Virus record (IMG/VR): IMGVR_UViG_3300020044_008864
Coordinates: 1-60,538 of that record
DNA: 60,538 nt
Direction: 5' to 3' (one strand)
DNA from: a virus
Taxonomy: Duplodnaviria; Caudoviricetes
Every line of letters starts with the position of its first letter. Position 1 is the stretch's first letter. A program made the translations under genes and the position numbers. Shown here in pieces: positions 1 through 7,965 of this stretch. The notes under the pieces are model-generated. The model was not told the origin of the DNA. It saw nothing but the letters and a program-made list of their open reading frames with translations, and did not search any database.

Positions 1-172
1 GTCCCGTCACAGGGTTCTCATACACCACACGCTGTGCTGTTGGATAAAGTTCCTTAAGCATCTGCCAAGCGAATGCCCATGATAAGTACTCGACCTTTCC
101 TTTGGTCTCTACCTTGTCTCTTACGTTGATAGCGTTCAACGTAGCGAAAGCTGTCTGTTTTTTCTCTGCCAT
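1..172 (-). CDS. Sak3/DUF1071-like single-strand annealing protein (N-terminal part; runs off window start)
   Basis: Manual translation from ATG at 172: MAEKKQTAFATLNAINVRDKVETKGKVEYLSWAFAWQMLKELYP...; L-x-x-INV...YLSWAxAW is the typical DUF1071/Sak3 N-terminus. Confidence 0.8.
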   Translation of the reverse strand, partial: MAEKKQTAFATLNAINVRDKVETKGKVEYLSWAFAWQMLKELYPTAQRVVYENPVTG

Positions 173-190
173 TTTATTTGATTTAATAGG

Positions 191-493
191 TTACAATTTT
201 ACTGAGCGCTCGATGTCGCTGATGATTTGAGCGTAGTCTGAATCCTCTGAGATGTTCTTCTCTATCTTACGAACACCATTGTTAATAGCGCTCTGCTGAA
301 TAGACAACCCTCGCTCTGCCATGTAGGCCTTAATTGAATAGGCCGGAATCGGTCTGCTTGTGCAGAGATAGAACAACATATGTCGTGCGTCGACCATCTC
401 TTGCTTCCTTGAACGTACGAATAACTCCTGCTCTTCCACGCGGTAAAGCTTGGCGATTTTGGATACGTACTGATTGAAAATTTCGTGCTTCAT
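191..493 (-). CDS. DnaA domain IV-like helix-turn-helix protein
   Basis: ELFVRSRKQEMVDARHMLFYLC resembles the DnaA C-terminal S+R-x-x-x-x-x-AR-x-x-x-Y-L motif. Confidence 0.7.
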   Translation of the reverse strand: MKHEIFNQYVSKIAKLYRVEEQELFVRSRKQEMVDARHMLFYLCTSRPIPAYSIKAYMAERGLSIQQSAINNGVRKIEKNISEDSDYAQIISDIERSVKL

Positions 494-512
494 TTGATTT
501 AATTTGAGTGTA

Positions 513-520
513 CAAAGATA
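513..520 (-). promoter_or_regulatory. Bacteroidota -7 promoter element TATCTTTG
   Basis: CAAAGATA on + strand, 20 nt upstream of the 493 start; matches TAnnTTTG. Confidence 0.65.
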
Positions 521-548
521 GTTAAGTTCTTGTTAAGTTGTACAAATG

Positions 549-935
549 TTAATAACCTTTTTTCCATATGTTAACCTCGTCGTCAACCTTAAGATTGTAC
601 ACCTGACGAACCACTTCGTTGAAGTCTTTCGACATTAACTCGACGGTGACACCCTCGAAGACGGTCTGATAATAGTACGCCTCATGCGGCTCGTCGCCGA
701 GCAATTGGATGTACTCGCCGAGCATGAACATGATGATCGTGGTGCACTCTTTCTGTAGTCGGATACTGAAGTACTCGCTCTCGAAATCTTCTCTGTCGAT
801 AGCGCGAGCGGTAGAGATAAAGTCTTCCAACTCAATGCGCTTCTTATCCATCAGCCTTTGCAAGCGTTGGATGTATAACTTGTCGGGATACGTTCTTGAT
901 TTCTCCCTGAGAATGTCTTTGCTAACTGCTTCCAT
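549..935 (-). CDS. hypothetical protein
   Basis: 128-aa ORF in tightly packed minus-strand run. Confidence 0.7.
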   Translation of the reverse strand: MEAVSKDILREKSRTYPDKLYIQRLQRLMDKKRIELEDFISTARAIDREDFESEYFSIRLQKECTTIIMFMLGEYIQLLGDEPHEAYYYQTVFEGVTVELMSKDFNEVVRQVYNLKVDDEVNIWKKGY

Positions 936-938
936 GAT

Positions 939-1034
939 TTAAGTAAGGATTAAAGTAAATAATAAAATAACAAGGATGATGTTGATGTAAAACCATAGCA
1001 TGATATACATCGGTGGTTTATGGTAATGCTTCAT
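939..1034 (-). CDS. putative small membrane peptide
   Basis: MKHYHKPPMYIMLWFYINIILVILLFTLILT fills the gap between neighbours; one hydrophobic helix. Confidence 0.4.
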   Translation of the reverse strand: MKHYHKPPMYIMLWFYINIILVILLFTLILT

Positions 1035-1053
1035 AGGATAATGAAGACACCAC

Positions 1054-1290
1054 TCACTCGTCGTCGTGCAACAGAACAGACTTGAGGTCACGCATCGGGT
1101 ATGAAACTTCATCGTCTTGATAGTAGTTCTCCGAGATATACCTGAAGAACACAGCCTTCTGAGGTACTGATAGTTGGTTGAATAGAACTCTTGACTCGTC
1201 GATGTCGGTGTCAATGATGCTGTATATAATCTCGAAGTACTCTTCGATAGTTGAAATGTCGTGAGTGAGTAGTGTCTGCTTGGTTACCAT
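1054..1290 (-). CDS. hypothetical protein (paralog of N-terminus of 4368..4799)
   Basis: MVTKQTL..STIEEYFEII..LFNQLS; packed operon. Confidence 0.7.
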   Translation of the reverse strand: MVTKQTLLTHDISTIEEYFEIIYSIIDTDIDESRVLFNQLSVPQKAVFFRYISENYYQDDEVSYPMRDLKSVLLHDDE

Positions 1291-1436
1291 TTTCTTTCTT
1301 TTGCCTCCAAATATCGGAAATAAAGTTCAACATTAAATGAACCTCCTTTATCTCCACATTGAGTCAAAGTCTGTCCTCTCCAAAAGCGGATGTATTGCAT
1401 CATCTTGGATGGCTCTTCGTAGTTTCTCTGTGTCAT
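1284..1436 (-). CDS. small hypothetical protein (50 aa, not in ORF track)
   Basis: Manual translation MTQRNYEEPSKMMQYIRFWRGQTLTQCGDKGGSFNVELYFRYLEAKERKW; ATGA overlap with upstream stop; fills the gap. Confidence 0.65.
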   Translation of the reverse strand: MTQRNYEEPSKMMQYIRFWRGQTLTQCGDKGGSFNVELYFRYLEAKERKW

Positions 1437-1759
1437 GCGTCTCGTAGTTTACAAGCGTATTCATAGTCCTCCTGCTCCAATGCGTGAGCAAGCATCTCAT
1501 CCACCGGAGCGAAGTTGACACTCAGCGTCCAATGTACTCCGTTGGTGGGAATCTTACCACCGCAGTGGCACAGGAGCATCTCACGTTCGGATGGTGAGTT
1601 GGTTACGTTAACCATCTGCGAGCCGCAGTTACTGCACTCAATGGCATCGATTACTGAGTATACCTCACCCTTCTTTCGAGGTTGGCATCGGTCCAACACA
1701 TTGGGTGGTGTGTTGGTTAGGGCGACTATCTTATCGCTGATTTTAAACTTTTTATCCAT
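1433..1759 (-). CDS. Zn-ribbon protein with C-terminal UVR-like motif
   Basis: CSNC...CHC and C-terminal ALEQEDYEYACKLRD (UvrB/UvrC-motif-like). Confidence 0.65.
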   Translation of the reverse strand: MDKKFKISDKIVALTNTPPNVLDRCQPRKKGEVYSVIDAIECSNCGSQMVNVTNSPSEREMLLCHCGGKIPTNGVHWTLSVNFAPVDEMLAHALEQEDYEYACKLRDA

Positions 1760-2222
1760 TGAGTTCTATATCTATTTGGTAATTACCTTGCTTAGACAGG
1801 ACTGTTACCATCATGTGCTGCTTGTTTATCTTGATGTCAAACGCATAGGTGTGGTCGTCGGTGCTGAATACCAAAGATAATGATTCGAAGCGTACGTCAA
1901 TGGTCGCGCAGAACTTTCTGTAGTCATGCTCCCAACAGATAGGGTAGATGAACTCGTCGGCAGCCTGAAGACTGATGACAAAGTTCTTCACTTGGTGTAA
2001 CGTGTAGGCTTGGGTCTCGTAGATAAGGTCAAGCATACCCTCTTCGACTTCAATGTACTCACGCGACTTGTCAATGTCGTAGATGTAATTGATGAAGTCG
2101 TCGAGCGACCCGAATATCTTAGCGTACCCATCCTTGATGTATACCTGTATCGCGTTACCGCAGTTGTCGTGACGTACCTCATAGATTTCGTCAGCTTTTC
2201 TTAAGTGCTCGTTGTGTGTCAT
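1752..2222 (-). CDS. hypothetical protein
   Basis: 156-aa ORF overlapping both neighbours by a few nt. Confidence 0.7.
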   Translation of the reverse strand: MTHNEHLRKADEIYEVRHDNCGNAIQVYIKDGYAKIFGSLDDFINYIYDIDKSREYIEVEEGMLDLIYETQAYTLHQVKNFVISLQAADEFIYPICWEHDYRKFCATIDVRFESLSLVFSTDDHTYAFDIKINKQHMMVTVLSKQGNYQIDIELNG

Positions 2223-2446
2223 AGCGCTGTTGGATTGATTAGTACATTTAGTTCCACCCTGTAGTCATGGCCCACTCCACCCGCCTCGTAGTGCGGATGC
2301 CCGTCGACCATCTCCATGGTATACTTGTAGCCAAGTGAGTGACACATGGTCTTGAACTTGAATACGGCCTTCTCTAAACTTAGGAAGACATAAGAGTCAC
2401 CACCTGTGATGTGCTCTTGCATTGGTTTCTTGCTTACAATGATCAT
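2219..2446 (-). CDS. hypothetical protein
   Basis: 75-aa ORF, ATGA-coupled. Confidence 0.65.
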   Translation of the reverse strand: MIIVSKKPMQEHITGGDSYVFLSLEKAVFKFKTMCHSLGYKYTMEMVDGHPHYEAGGVGHDYRVELNVLINPTAL

Positions 2447-2679
2447 GATTCCTTATTTCTTACGTTTTGCATAGCGAGGTTGTTAATGAAGCGGGTCAAC
2501 TCGTAACCTCGGCATATGTCGTAGCCGTTTAGCGCCTTGTCGTTATCCTTGATTGCAAAAGCCACTAAGGCTTCGTACGTCTCATCATTTAGAATAGTTC
2601 TGTACTCTTCTAATTGGTCGTTCTGCACGGCAATGCCATGCTCTATTGTGAATCCATTTTCCTGTTTCATACTATCCAA
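2443..2679 (-). CDS. hypothetical protein
   Basis: 78-aa ORF, coupled to neighbours. Confidence 0.65.
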   Translation of the reverse strand: MDSMKQENGFTIEHGIAVQNDQLEEYRTILNDETYEALVAFAIKDNDKALNGYDICRGYELTRFINNLAMQNVRNKES

Positions 2680-3055
2680 ATATTACATCTCCGTAAAAAA
2701 CTGTCTGTAAAATCACGTCAGCCGTATCGCCGTCGTCCTGCTCATTGATGGCGTCCAATAGATGCTTAACAGGTGTGTTCTGCACACGCTCGTGCACGTC
2801 AGCAAGCTTGATAGGTGATGGCTCCTCGCCGTTCTCCTCATCGATGAGCGTGAGAGTTCCACCACCTCTGAGTATCTCCATCCACACGTCTTCGAGGCAT
2901 GGTGATTCACCTTTAGCTTTGAGACGCTGTTTTGCTTCGTAGTACTCGGTCTCGTCGTAGTCTAACTGAAGGCCATAGTGTGCTATCTGATGGCCATTGC
3001 ATAGTGAGTTGTGGAAGAATGTCTCTGACTCTTCCGGCTTTAATTTAATTGTCAT
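2672..3055 (-). CDS. hypothetical phage protein
   Basis: 127 aa, acidic, ends DGDTADVILQTVFYGDVIFG. Confidence 0.7.
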   Translation of the reverse strand: MTIKLKPEESETFFHNSLCNGHQIAHYGLQLDYDETEYYEAKQRLKAKGESPCLEDVWMEILRGGGTLTLIDEENGEEPSPIKLADVHERVQNTPVKHLLDAINEQDDGDTADVILQTVFYGDVIFG

Positions 3056-3276
3056 GATTCTATTTGGTATTTGGTTGAACTTATTTTTTTATAAACAGGT
3101 AACGTGGCTCTGAAGAGTTCTTGAATCCGATATACATCCATCCATTGAATAGACTCCCATCGCCCACTCTTAGTCATTACATAAAGTCGCCACATATTTG
3201 GGCCGCCAAAGTCTCCTGTATCCTTCTCGGCTTTTAAACCGCCTTCGATAACTTCATAGTTTTGTATGCTATTCAT
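3052..3276 (-). CDS. hypothetical protein
   Basis: 74-aa ORF, coupled. Confidence 0.6.
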   Translation of the reverse strand: MNSIQNYEVIEGGLKAEKDTGDFGGPNMWRLYVMTKSGRWESIQWMDVYRIQELFRATLPVYKKISSTKYQIES

Positions 3277-3279
3277 GGC

Positions 3280-3543
3280 CTAAGATTTAAAGTAAAGTTC
3301 ACCTACTGAAAAGTATCTGTCTACTGACACGTTCTCTACTATGGTGACCATCGAGCCGTTGCGTATACCATCTGCATAGTACTTAGCATACCTGTCACTC
3401 GAGGTGTCGAACACCTGCAGTACGTGGGTTGGGTTGACCTTGGTCACACCATACATTGGCGTGTGTGTCAAGGCAATTCGAATCATTGGGAACGTATCGG
3501 CCAATATCTGACGATAGTATCCTGTTGGGGCTTTCTCTGCCAT
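3280..3543 (-). CDS. hypothetical protein
   Basis: 87-aa ORF in operon. Confidence 0.65.
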   Translation of the reverse strand: MAEKAPTGYYRQILADTFPMIRIALTHTPMYGVTKVNPTHVLQVFDTSSDRYAKYYADGIRNGSMVTIVENVSVDRYFSVGELYFKS

Positions 3544-3544
3544 A

Positions 3545-4048
3545 TTACTTCTTTTTTATTTGGTTATACAATCTTTGAATTTGATGCTCGGGAAGATGCA
3601 AAGCCTCAATGGCCTCGTACTTATACTTGGCGTCTTCAGACTCGTTAAGTTCATGCTCCCAATAGAACGCTTTACTATAGGTATAGTAAGTAATCACAAG
3701 ACCATCCTCGCGCTGATACAATCTGTCTTTTTCCATATCGTAAAGCACGTAGAGATGTCGCACTGCTGACTCCTCAGCCGTGTACAATAAAAGATGTCCG
3801 TAGTCACCGCGCTCATACCAATAGTCGCAGTCGTCAATGTCCCACTCCGTATGGTAGTAATCATCATTGGCATATGCATCCTCAAGTAACTCAGCGTCAC
3901 TCATATGAGGGTCGTCATACCCATTGGCGCGAAGAAATGCAATGAGGTACTTCTCTTCTGAAAAATGGTGCTCGCCGTCGTAGACAACAAAGCCTGTATG
4001 CATACCAACTCCCGTGGCATCGCATCTGCGTGGGAATCTATCTTTCAT
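3545..4048 (-). CDS. hypothetical protein
   Basis: 167-aa acidic/aromatic ORF in operon. Confidence 0.7.
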   Translation of the reverse strand: MKDRFPRRCDATGVGMHTGFVVYDGEHHFSEEKYLIAFLRANGYDDPHMSDAELLEDAYANDDYYHTEWDIDDCDYWYERGDYGHLLLYTAEESAVRHLYVLYDMEKDRLYQREDGLVITYYTYSKAFYWEHELNESEDAKYKYEAIEALHLPEHQIQRLYNQIKKK

Positions 4049-4356
4049 GATATAAGTGAAAATGATTTTGGGTTAACATCAAGGCAATAGTAATCAGACA
4101 ACAGCCTGTCACGCTCTCGATTAGATTCTTCGTCATCACAATCTAAGTTAGAAATGCACTCAATAGATTTAGTCAGCATAATCTGCATCTGTTTCATCTT
4201 ATAGAAGTACACAGCCTCTTGAATTGTGCTGAAGTAAGACTTGCTGATTGAATACAACTCCTCGCTTTGAGCGTCCCAAACTGATTGAACTACAGAGTCG
4301 CCTTCGATGGTGAAATATTGGTCACCTTCTTGGAATGGATATTTTTTCGCACTCAT
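4045..4356 (-). CDS. hypothetical protein
   Basis: 103-aa ORF, coupled. Confidence 0.65.
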   Translation of the reverse strand: MSAKKYPFQEGDQYFTIEGDSVVQSVWDAQSEELYSISKSYFSTIQEAVYFYKMKQMQIMLTKSIECISNLDCDDEESNRERDRLLSDYYCLDVNPKSFSLIS

Positions 4357-4367
4357 GATTTGAATTA

Positions 4368-4799
4368 TTATTTTATATAGTTATTTAAGAACTGCTTGTC
4401 GCTAATGAGACGCTCGGCCTCCTGCTGAGACTCGACTGCATAAGAGCGTCGGTATTCAGAGCCATTGACCCAATCGGTTATGTTGAACATCGAGTCCCAA
4501 CCATTCATATCGAGCCAATAGAAACACACCTCATACTCATGCACCTCAGCAGTGATTGAAGAGAAACGCTGATTGGCCGGAACAATGTTGTCGTTGTCCT
4601 TGTTATCGTGGTATTCGTAATAGTAATCAGTAGTGAACATTTCATACTCAGCCTGTTGCTCTTCAGACAATGCATCGAACATCAACTCAGCATCAGGTGA
4701 ACCTTCGCCATCAGCCTCCATGTCTAAGGCATAGATTCTCTCGAAGTACTCCTCAATAGAGGAGTACCCGAGACTTTGAAGAATCTCTGTTGTGACCAT
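4368..4799 (-). CDS. acidic hypothetical protein
   Basis: 143 aa, D/E-rich; N-terminus similar to 1054..1290. Confidence 0.7.
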   Translation of the reverse strand: MVTTEILQSLGYSSIEEYFERIYALDMEADGEGSPDAELMFDALSEEQQAEYEMFTTDYYYEYHDNKDNDNIVPANQRFSSITAEVHEYEVCFYWLDMNGWDSMFNITDWVNGSEYRRSYAVESQQEAERLISDKQFLNNYIK

Positions 4800-5212
4800 T
4801 ACGCTTCTTGTTTAGGGTTAAGTAACTCTGTAATCTCAATGAGGAACGAGTCATCTTGAAACGAACCTTCATTCTTGAAGTCACTGCTGTCAACATTCAC
4901 CTCAGTAGTGATTCGCAACTCACCGCTGTACTCATGCGTGTCGTACTCAATAGACTGATTGAAGTCATAGTTATCCGCGCAGTCCTCGGCATACAGCTTT
5001 GCATATTGCTCAGCTATCTCAGCGATGCGGAGAATAACCTCATCATTCACCGCACTCACCTCTTGCTTAGGCATGGCATCGATCGATGCTTGCACCCTCT
5101 CGGCAAAGATGTTAATGATTCTACTCACGTCCTCTCTGTTGTAGAACGACCCGCTTAGCGGTGATTGATTGTTTAGTTCAGTCAAGAACTCATTTTTGAT
5201 TGTTTCTAACAT
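4799..5212 (-). CDS. acidic hypothetical protein
   Basis: 137 aa; AT-rich initiation region. Confidence 0.7.
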   Translation of the reverse strand: MLETIKNEFLTELNNQSPLSGSFYNREDVSRIINIFAERVQASIDAMPKQEVSAVNDEVILRIAEIAEQYAKLYAEDCADNYDFNQSIEYDTHEYSGELRITTEVNVDSSDFKNEGSFQDDSFLIEITELLNPKQEA

Positions 5213-5229
5213 TGTATTTGATTGATTAA

Positions 5230-5937
5230 TTAATTTACTAAATTGAACTCAGTCTGTTTGAACAGACTCACTACGAAACCTGTCTCGTCATATCGAGCTT
5301 TGCCCTTGGCCTTAAGACCCAAGACCACAGCGCCACGGACGTCTAACATAAGGTCGTCACGCTCATCGCCATCGACGACGCGGAATCCATTCCACAGCTT
5401 TGGTATCTTGTCGAAGACCACAGCCACAATACCGCCTGCATTGAGTACGTCAAGCGCATCGCTCTCGTTGACCTCAGAGCGAGAGAACGTCACCACATAC
5501 CGGTGACCCGACGCAAGCACCCGACGGCCTGCCTTCTGTTTTATCTTAGTGTAGTCGTAGAAGACTACATTGGGCGCAATCTCATACAGAGCGGTCATCT
5601 GCTCGACAAGCTTGACGTCAGACGTGCCGTTGAGACGAACGGCCAACTGCTTGACGTTCTTAGCCCGCCTATTTATCTGCAAGGCCACGCTACTTAAGAA
5701 TGCTTTGCGGTCACTGAGGAACGCATCTGTCTTCTGTCGTCGTGCATTGGCCACGTTACTGAATACACCACGGCCTGCTGTGAAGAGACACGCAACAGCG
5801 CAGCCGTCACTTGCCTTGGGGCACATATTCACGCCGTGTGAATTTTGATTGAGAGGTGCGAGATACAGAATTAACGTGTCTCGTTTGTTCTTGGCTGTCT
5901 TCGTGTTCGAATAGCCTTCACTGAGGTACTTTGTCAT
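5230..5937 (-). CDS. GP88-like protein (Cys-cluster, radical-SAM-like fold suspected)
   Basis: Motifs LYLAP, CPKASDGCAVACL, RLNGTSD, FYDYTK, SRSE, DGDERD, GLKAKG. Confidence 0.75.
   Translation of the reverse strand: MTKYLSEGYSNTKTAKNKRDTLILYLAPLNQNSHGVNMCPKASDGCAVACLFTAGRGVFSNVANARRQKTDAFLSDRKAFLSSVALQINRRAKNVKQLAVRLNGTSDVKLVEQMTALYEIAPNVVFYDYTKIKQKAGRRVLASGHRYVVTFSRSEVNESDALDVLNAGGIVAVVFDKIPKLWNGFRVVDGDERDDLMLDVRGAVVLGLKAKGKARYDETGFVVSLFKQTEFNLVN
5248..5270. repeat. dispersed palindrome copy 1 (AGTCTGTT-TG-AACAGACT core)
   Basis: Read directly; other copies at 7150, 7419, 8701. Confidence 0.9.
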
Positions 5938-5966
5938 ATTGAATTGAATTAAGGATTTACACTATT

Positions 5967-5995
5967 AAAAGAGTACACTTGAGTGTACTCATTTT
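5967..5995 (-). terminator. intrinsic terminator-like hairpin
   Basis: GAGTACACT-TG-AGTGTACTC stem; AAAA on the + side gives a U-tract on the minus strand. Confidence 0.6.
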
Positions 5996-6043
5996 CGTTG
6001 TGAGAAACACACGCTTGTTATACGTGCGCTCTCATAACTTTTA

Positions 6044-6074
6044 CAAAGATAATACAAAACTTTGAATTACCAAA
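6044..6074 (-). promoter_or_regulatory. early promoter TTTG-N19-TATCTTTG
   Basis: Match to Bacteroidota -33/-7 consensus with 19-nt spacer. Confidence 0.85.
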
Positions 6075-6077
6075 CAT

Positions 6078-6899
6078 TTATGCAACTATTTTGCATTGCT
6101 TTACAGCCTTGTTTATCTCCTTGAACGTAATGGTGTGACAGCCAATCGAGATACTCTCTTTGTTCACGTCGCGTACCTCATACTGCATGAGCTTATCGCC
6201 GGACTTTATCTTGCCTGCAGAGAGGTATTCATAGAACATAAGGCCAATTGCAGTTGGTATCTTCACTCCCTGTGAGGTCTCAAAATGATCGAAGTTAAAT
6301 CTTATATAGTCAAGCCCATTTCGTGTGTATATACTATCCCGCTTGAACTCTCGGAATAGAATCAATTCTTTCTTATGTGCTTTCTCAATTTCTTTTTGCT
6401 TAAGACGCTCGGCTTCCCGTGTATATTCCTCGGCTTTCTCCTTGTCTTGAATAGACACTAAGGCCTGCAATTTACTATCCACCTCGATGCCGAAATACTC
6501 CGAATACTTTTTCGCTTTCTCTTCAATACGCAACAACTCAGCAATGTACTTCTCGGGTTTTCGCGACCGCTTGAGCAGTTCCAACTGCTCACTCGCTCTC
6601 GCTTTCCACCAATTGAAATTCTCAGCGTGAGAGCCGGACGGGAACGGACAGCGTATTTGCTTAATATGTATTGTGGCACTCCATGCATAGTTTATATGCT
6701 TAGCCGTCGAATTGCTGTAACTACGTTCGGTGAATAGCAACGTATTCGCATCGGCGAATTTCGCTATACAGAAATGCCGGCCGTAACTGAATAATTCAGT
6801 GCCTTCGAAATAGAAACTTCTATTCGAATTCATTGCCTCAGACTGAGACTGAAGCGCAAACAAATGCGCAACGTCGCGATTGCTAACTACTTTTTTCAT
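6078..6899 (-). CDS. hypothetical phage early protein
   Basis: 273 aa; VAHLFA..FYFEG..LFSYGRHF..YSNSTAKH..ETSQGVKIP..IGCHTI. Confidence 0.8.
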   Translation of the reverse strand: MKKVVSNRDVAHLFALQSQSEAMNSNRSFYFEGTELFSYGRHFCIAKFADANTLLFTERSYSNSTAKHINYAWSATIHIKQIRCPFPSGSHAENFNWWKARASEQLELLKRSRKPEKYIAELLRIEEKAKKYSEYFGIEVDSKLQALVSIQDKEKAEEYTREAERLKQKEIEKAHKKELILFREFKRDSIYTRNGLDYIRFNFDHFETSQGVKIPTAIGLMFYEYLSAGKIKSGDKLMQYEVRDVNKESISIGCHTITFKEINKAVKQCKIVA

Positions 6900-6912
6900 A
6901 ATTGAATTGAAT

Positions 6913-7122
6913 TTAGATTATTGATTGAATTATTTTTTCTGAAAGTTCTTCGCTTGAACAGAATACCTCTCCATTTATTCTATATCGGTGGTATCCTGTA
7001 CCACCGAAACCAATGCTATCTGCTTGCATCCAAATTCCGTTATGGTCGCAATATTCTACTTTATCGCCTTTGGCGAATGCTACGAATAAAGGCAGCAAGA
7101 CTTTACAAACTTCTTTTGTCAT
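6913..7122 (-). CDS. hypothetical protein
   Basis: 69 aa with A-rich initiation region. Confidence 0.65.
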   Translation of the reverse strand: MTKEVCKVLLPLFVAFAKGDKVEYCDHNGIWMQADSIGFGGTGYHRYRINGEVFCSSEELSEKIIQSII

Positions 7123-7149
7123 TTTTTTTGGTATTAAATTTTACTTTTG

Positions 7150-7179
7150 AATCTCAGTCTGTTTGAACAGACCGAGATT
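7150..7179. repeat. dispersed palindrome copy 2
   Basis: AATCTCAGTCTGTT-TG-AACAGACCGAGATT. Confidence 0.9.
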
Positions 7180-7384
7180 ATTTTTCACACTCCTTTATTG
7201 AAGCGTATATTAAATGAGCACCCGCGCACAATACAAGAAAGATTCCCATCGGGTTTGAATGAATTACGTCAAAATAATTTACCCAAAATAGAGCGCTAAT
7301 TACAGCGCTTATGAATGAATAGGTTAGGGCGTATAATACCACATAGGTAGATAACACCACAAAGGGCTTGAGAACTTTTTGCAT
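7178..7384 (-). CDS. small two-TM membrane protein
   Basis: Likely start ATG 7384 (MQKVLKPFVVL...) after an AT-rich leader; two hydrophobic segments. Confidence 0.65.
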   Translation of the reverse strand: MQKVLKPFVVLSTYVVLYALTYSFISAVISALFWVNYFDVIHSNPMGIFLVLCAGAHLIYASIKECEK

Positions 7385-7418
7385 ATGAATTGATTTTTGA
7401 TTATTTACTTTTTTATAT

Positions 7419-7442
7419 CTCAGTCTGTTCAAACAGACTGAG
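7419..7442. repeat. dispersed palindrome copy 3
   Basis: CTCAGTCTGTT-CA-AACAGACTGAG, perfect 11-bp arms. Confidence 0.9.
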
Positions 7443-7507
7443 TAATATTTTCGCTATCTGTATTTTCGTTATTCACTCGCTGTTGTTCGCTGCTGTTATA
7501 ACTTTTA

Positions 7508-7538
7508 CAAAGATAGTACAAAACTTTAGATACACAAA
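7508..7538 (-). promoter_or_regulatory. early promoter TTTG-N19-TATCTTTG
   Basis: Consensus match; 7498-7527 is 29/30 identical to 6034-6063. Confidence 0.85.
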
Positions 7539-7666
7539 CTTTTTGAAGATTATTTTTGAATGAATTCGTTACTCAGCATATGAACAGCGCCCGATATTTT
7601 CGCTATTGAAAAAATAGTTAGCGCGACGGCAAAAATGATCATTTCGAAGCGCTACAGCGAAAAAAT

Positions 7667-7861
7667 AGGACCTTACACAGGACAGGACCTTACACAGGGA
7701 CAGGACCTTACACAGGACAGGACCTTGCACAGCACAGGACCTTGCACAGCATAGGACCTTGCACAGCACAGGACCTTGCACAGCATAGGACCTTGCACAG
7801 CACAGGACCTTGCACAGCATAGGACCTTGCACAGCACAGGACCTTGCACAGCATAGGACCT
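7667..7861. repeat. 17-bp tandem repeat array, 11 full units plus a 7-bp partial
   Basis: AGGACCTT(A/G)CACAG(G/C)A(C/T); three ...ACACAGGAC units (one is 18 bp) then eight alternating ...GCACAGCAC/...GCACAGCAT units. Confidence 0.97.
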
Positions 7862-7918
7862 AAAAAAACAGCGCGTTATACGCGCTGGAAAAGGTCTTGA
7901 TTCAAAACAATAGGGCAC

Positions 7919-7944
7919 AAAAAAAGCGCCCCGCGGGGCGCTTT
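7919..7944 (-). terminator. intrinsic terminator
   Basis: AAAGCGCCCC-GC-GGGGCGCTTT preceded by an A-run (U-tail on minus), just downstream of the 7966 stop. Confidence 0.8.
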
Positions 7945-7965
7945 CCTTTGCTGTTTAACGTCGTC

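Noticed and set aside
7667-7861. CRISPR array
   Set aside because: Units are contiguous 17-mers with no unique spacers, and no cas genes are present.
7569-7918. Cys-rich repeat proteins (ORFs 7569..7832 and 7673..7918)
   Set aside because: They are translations of the 17-bp array; the period is not a multiple of 3 and there is no initiation context.
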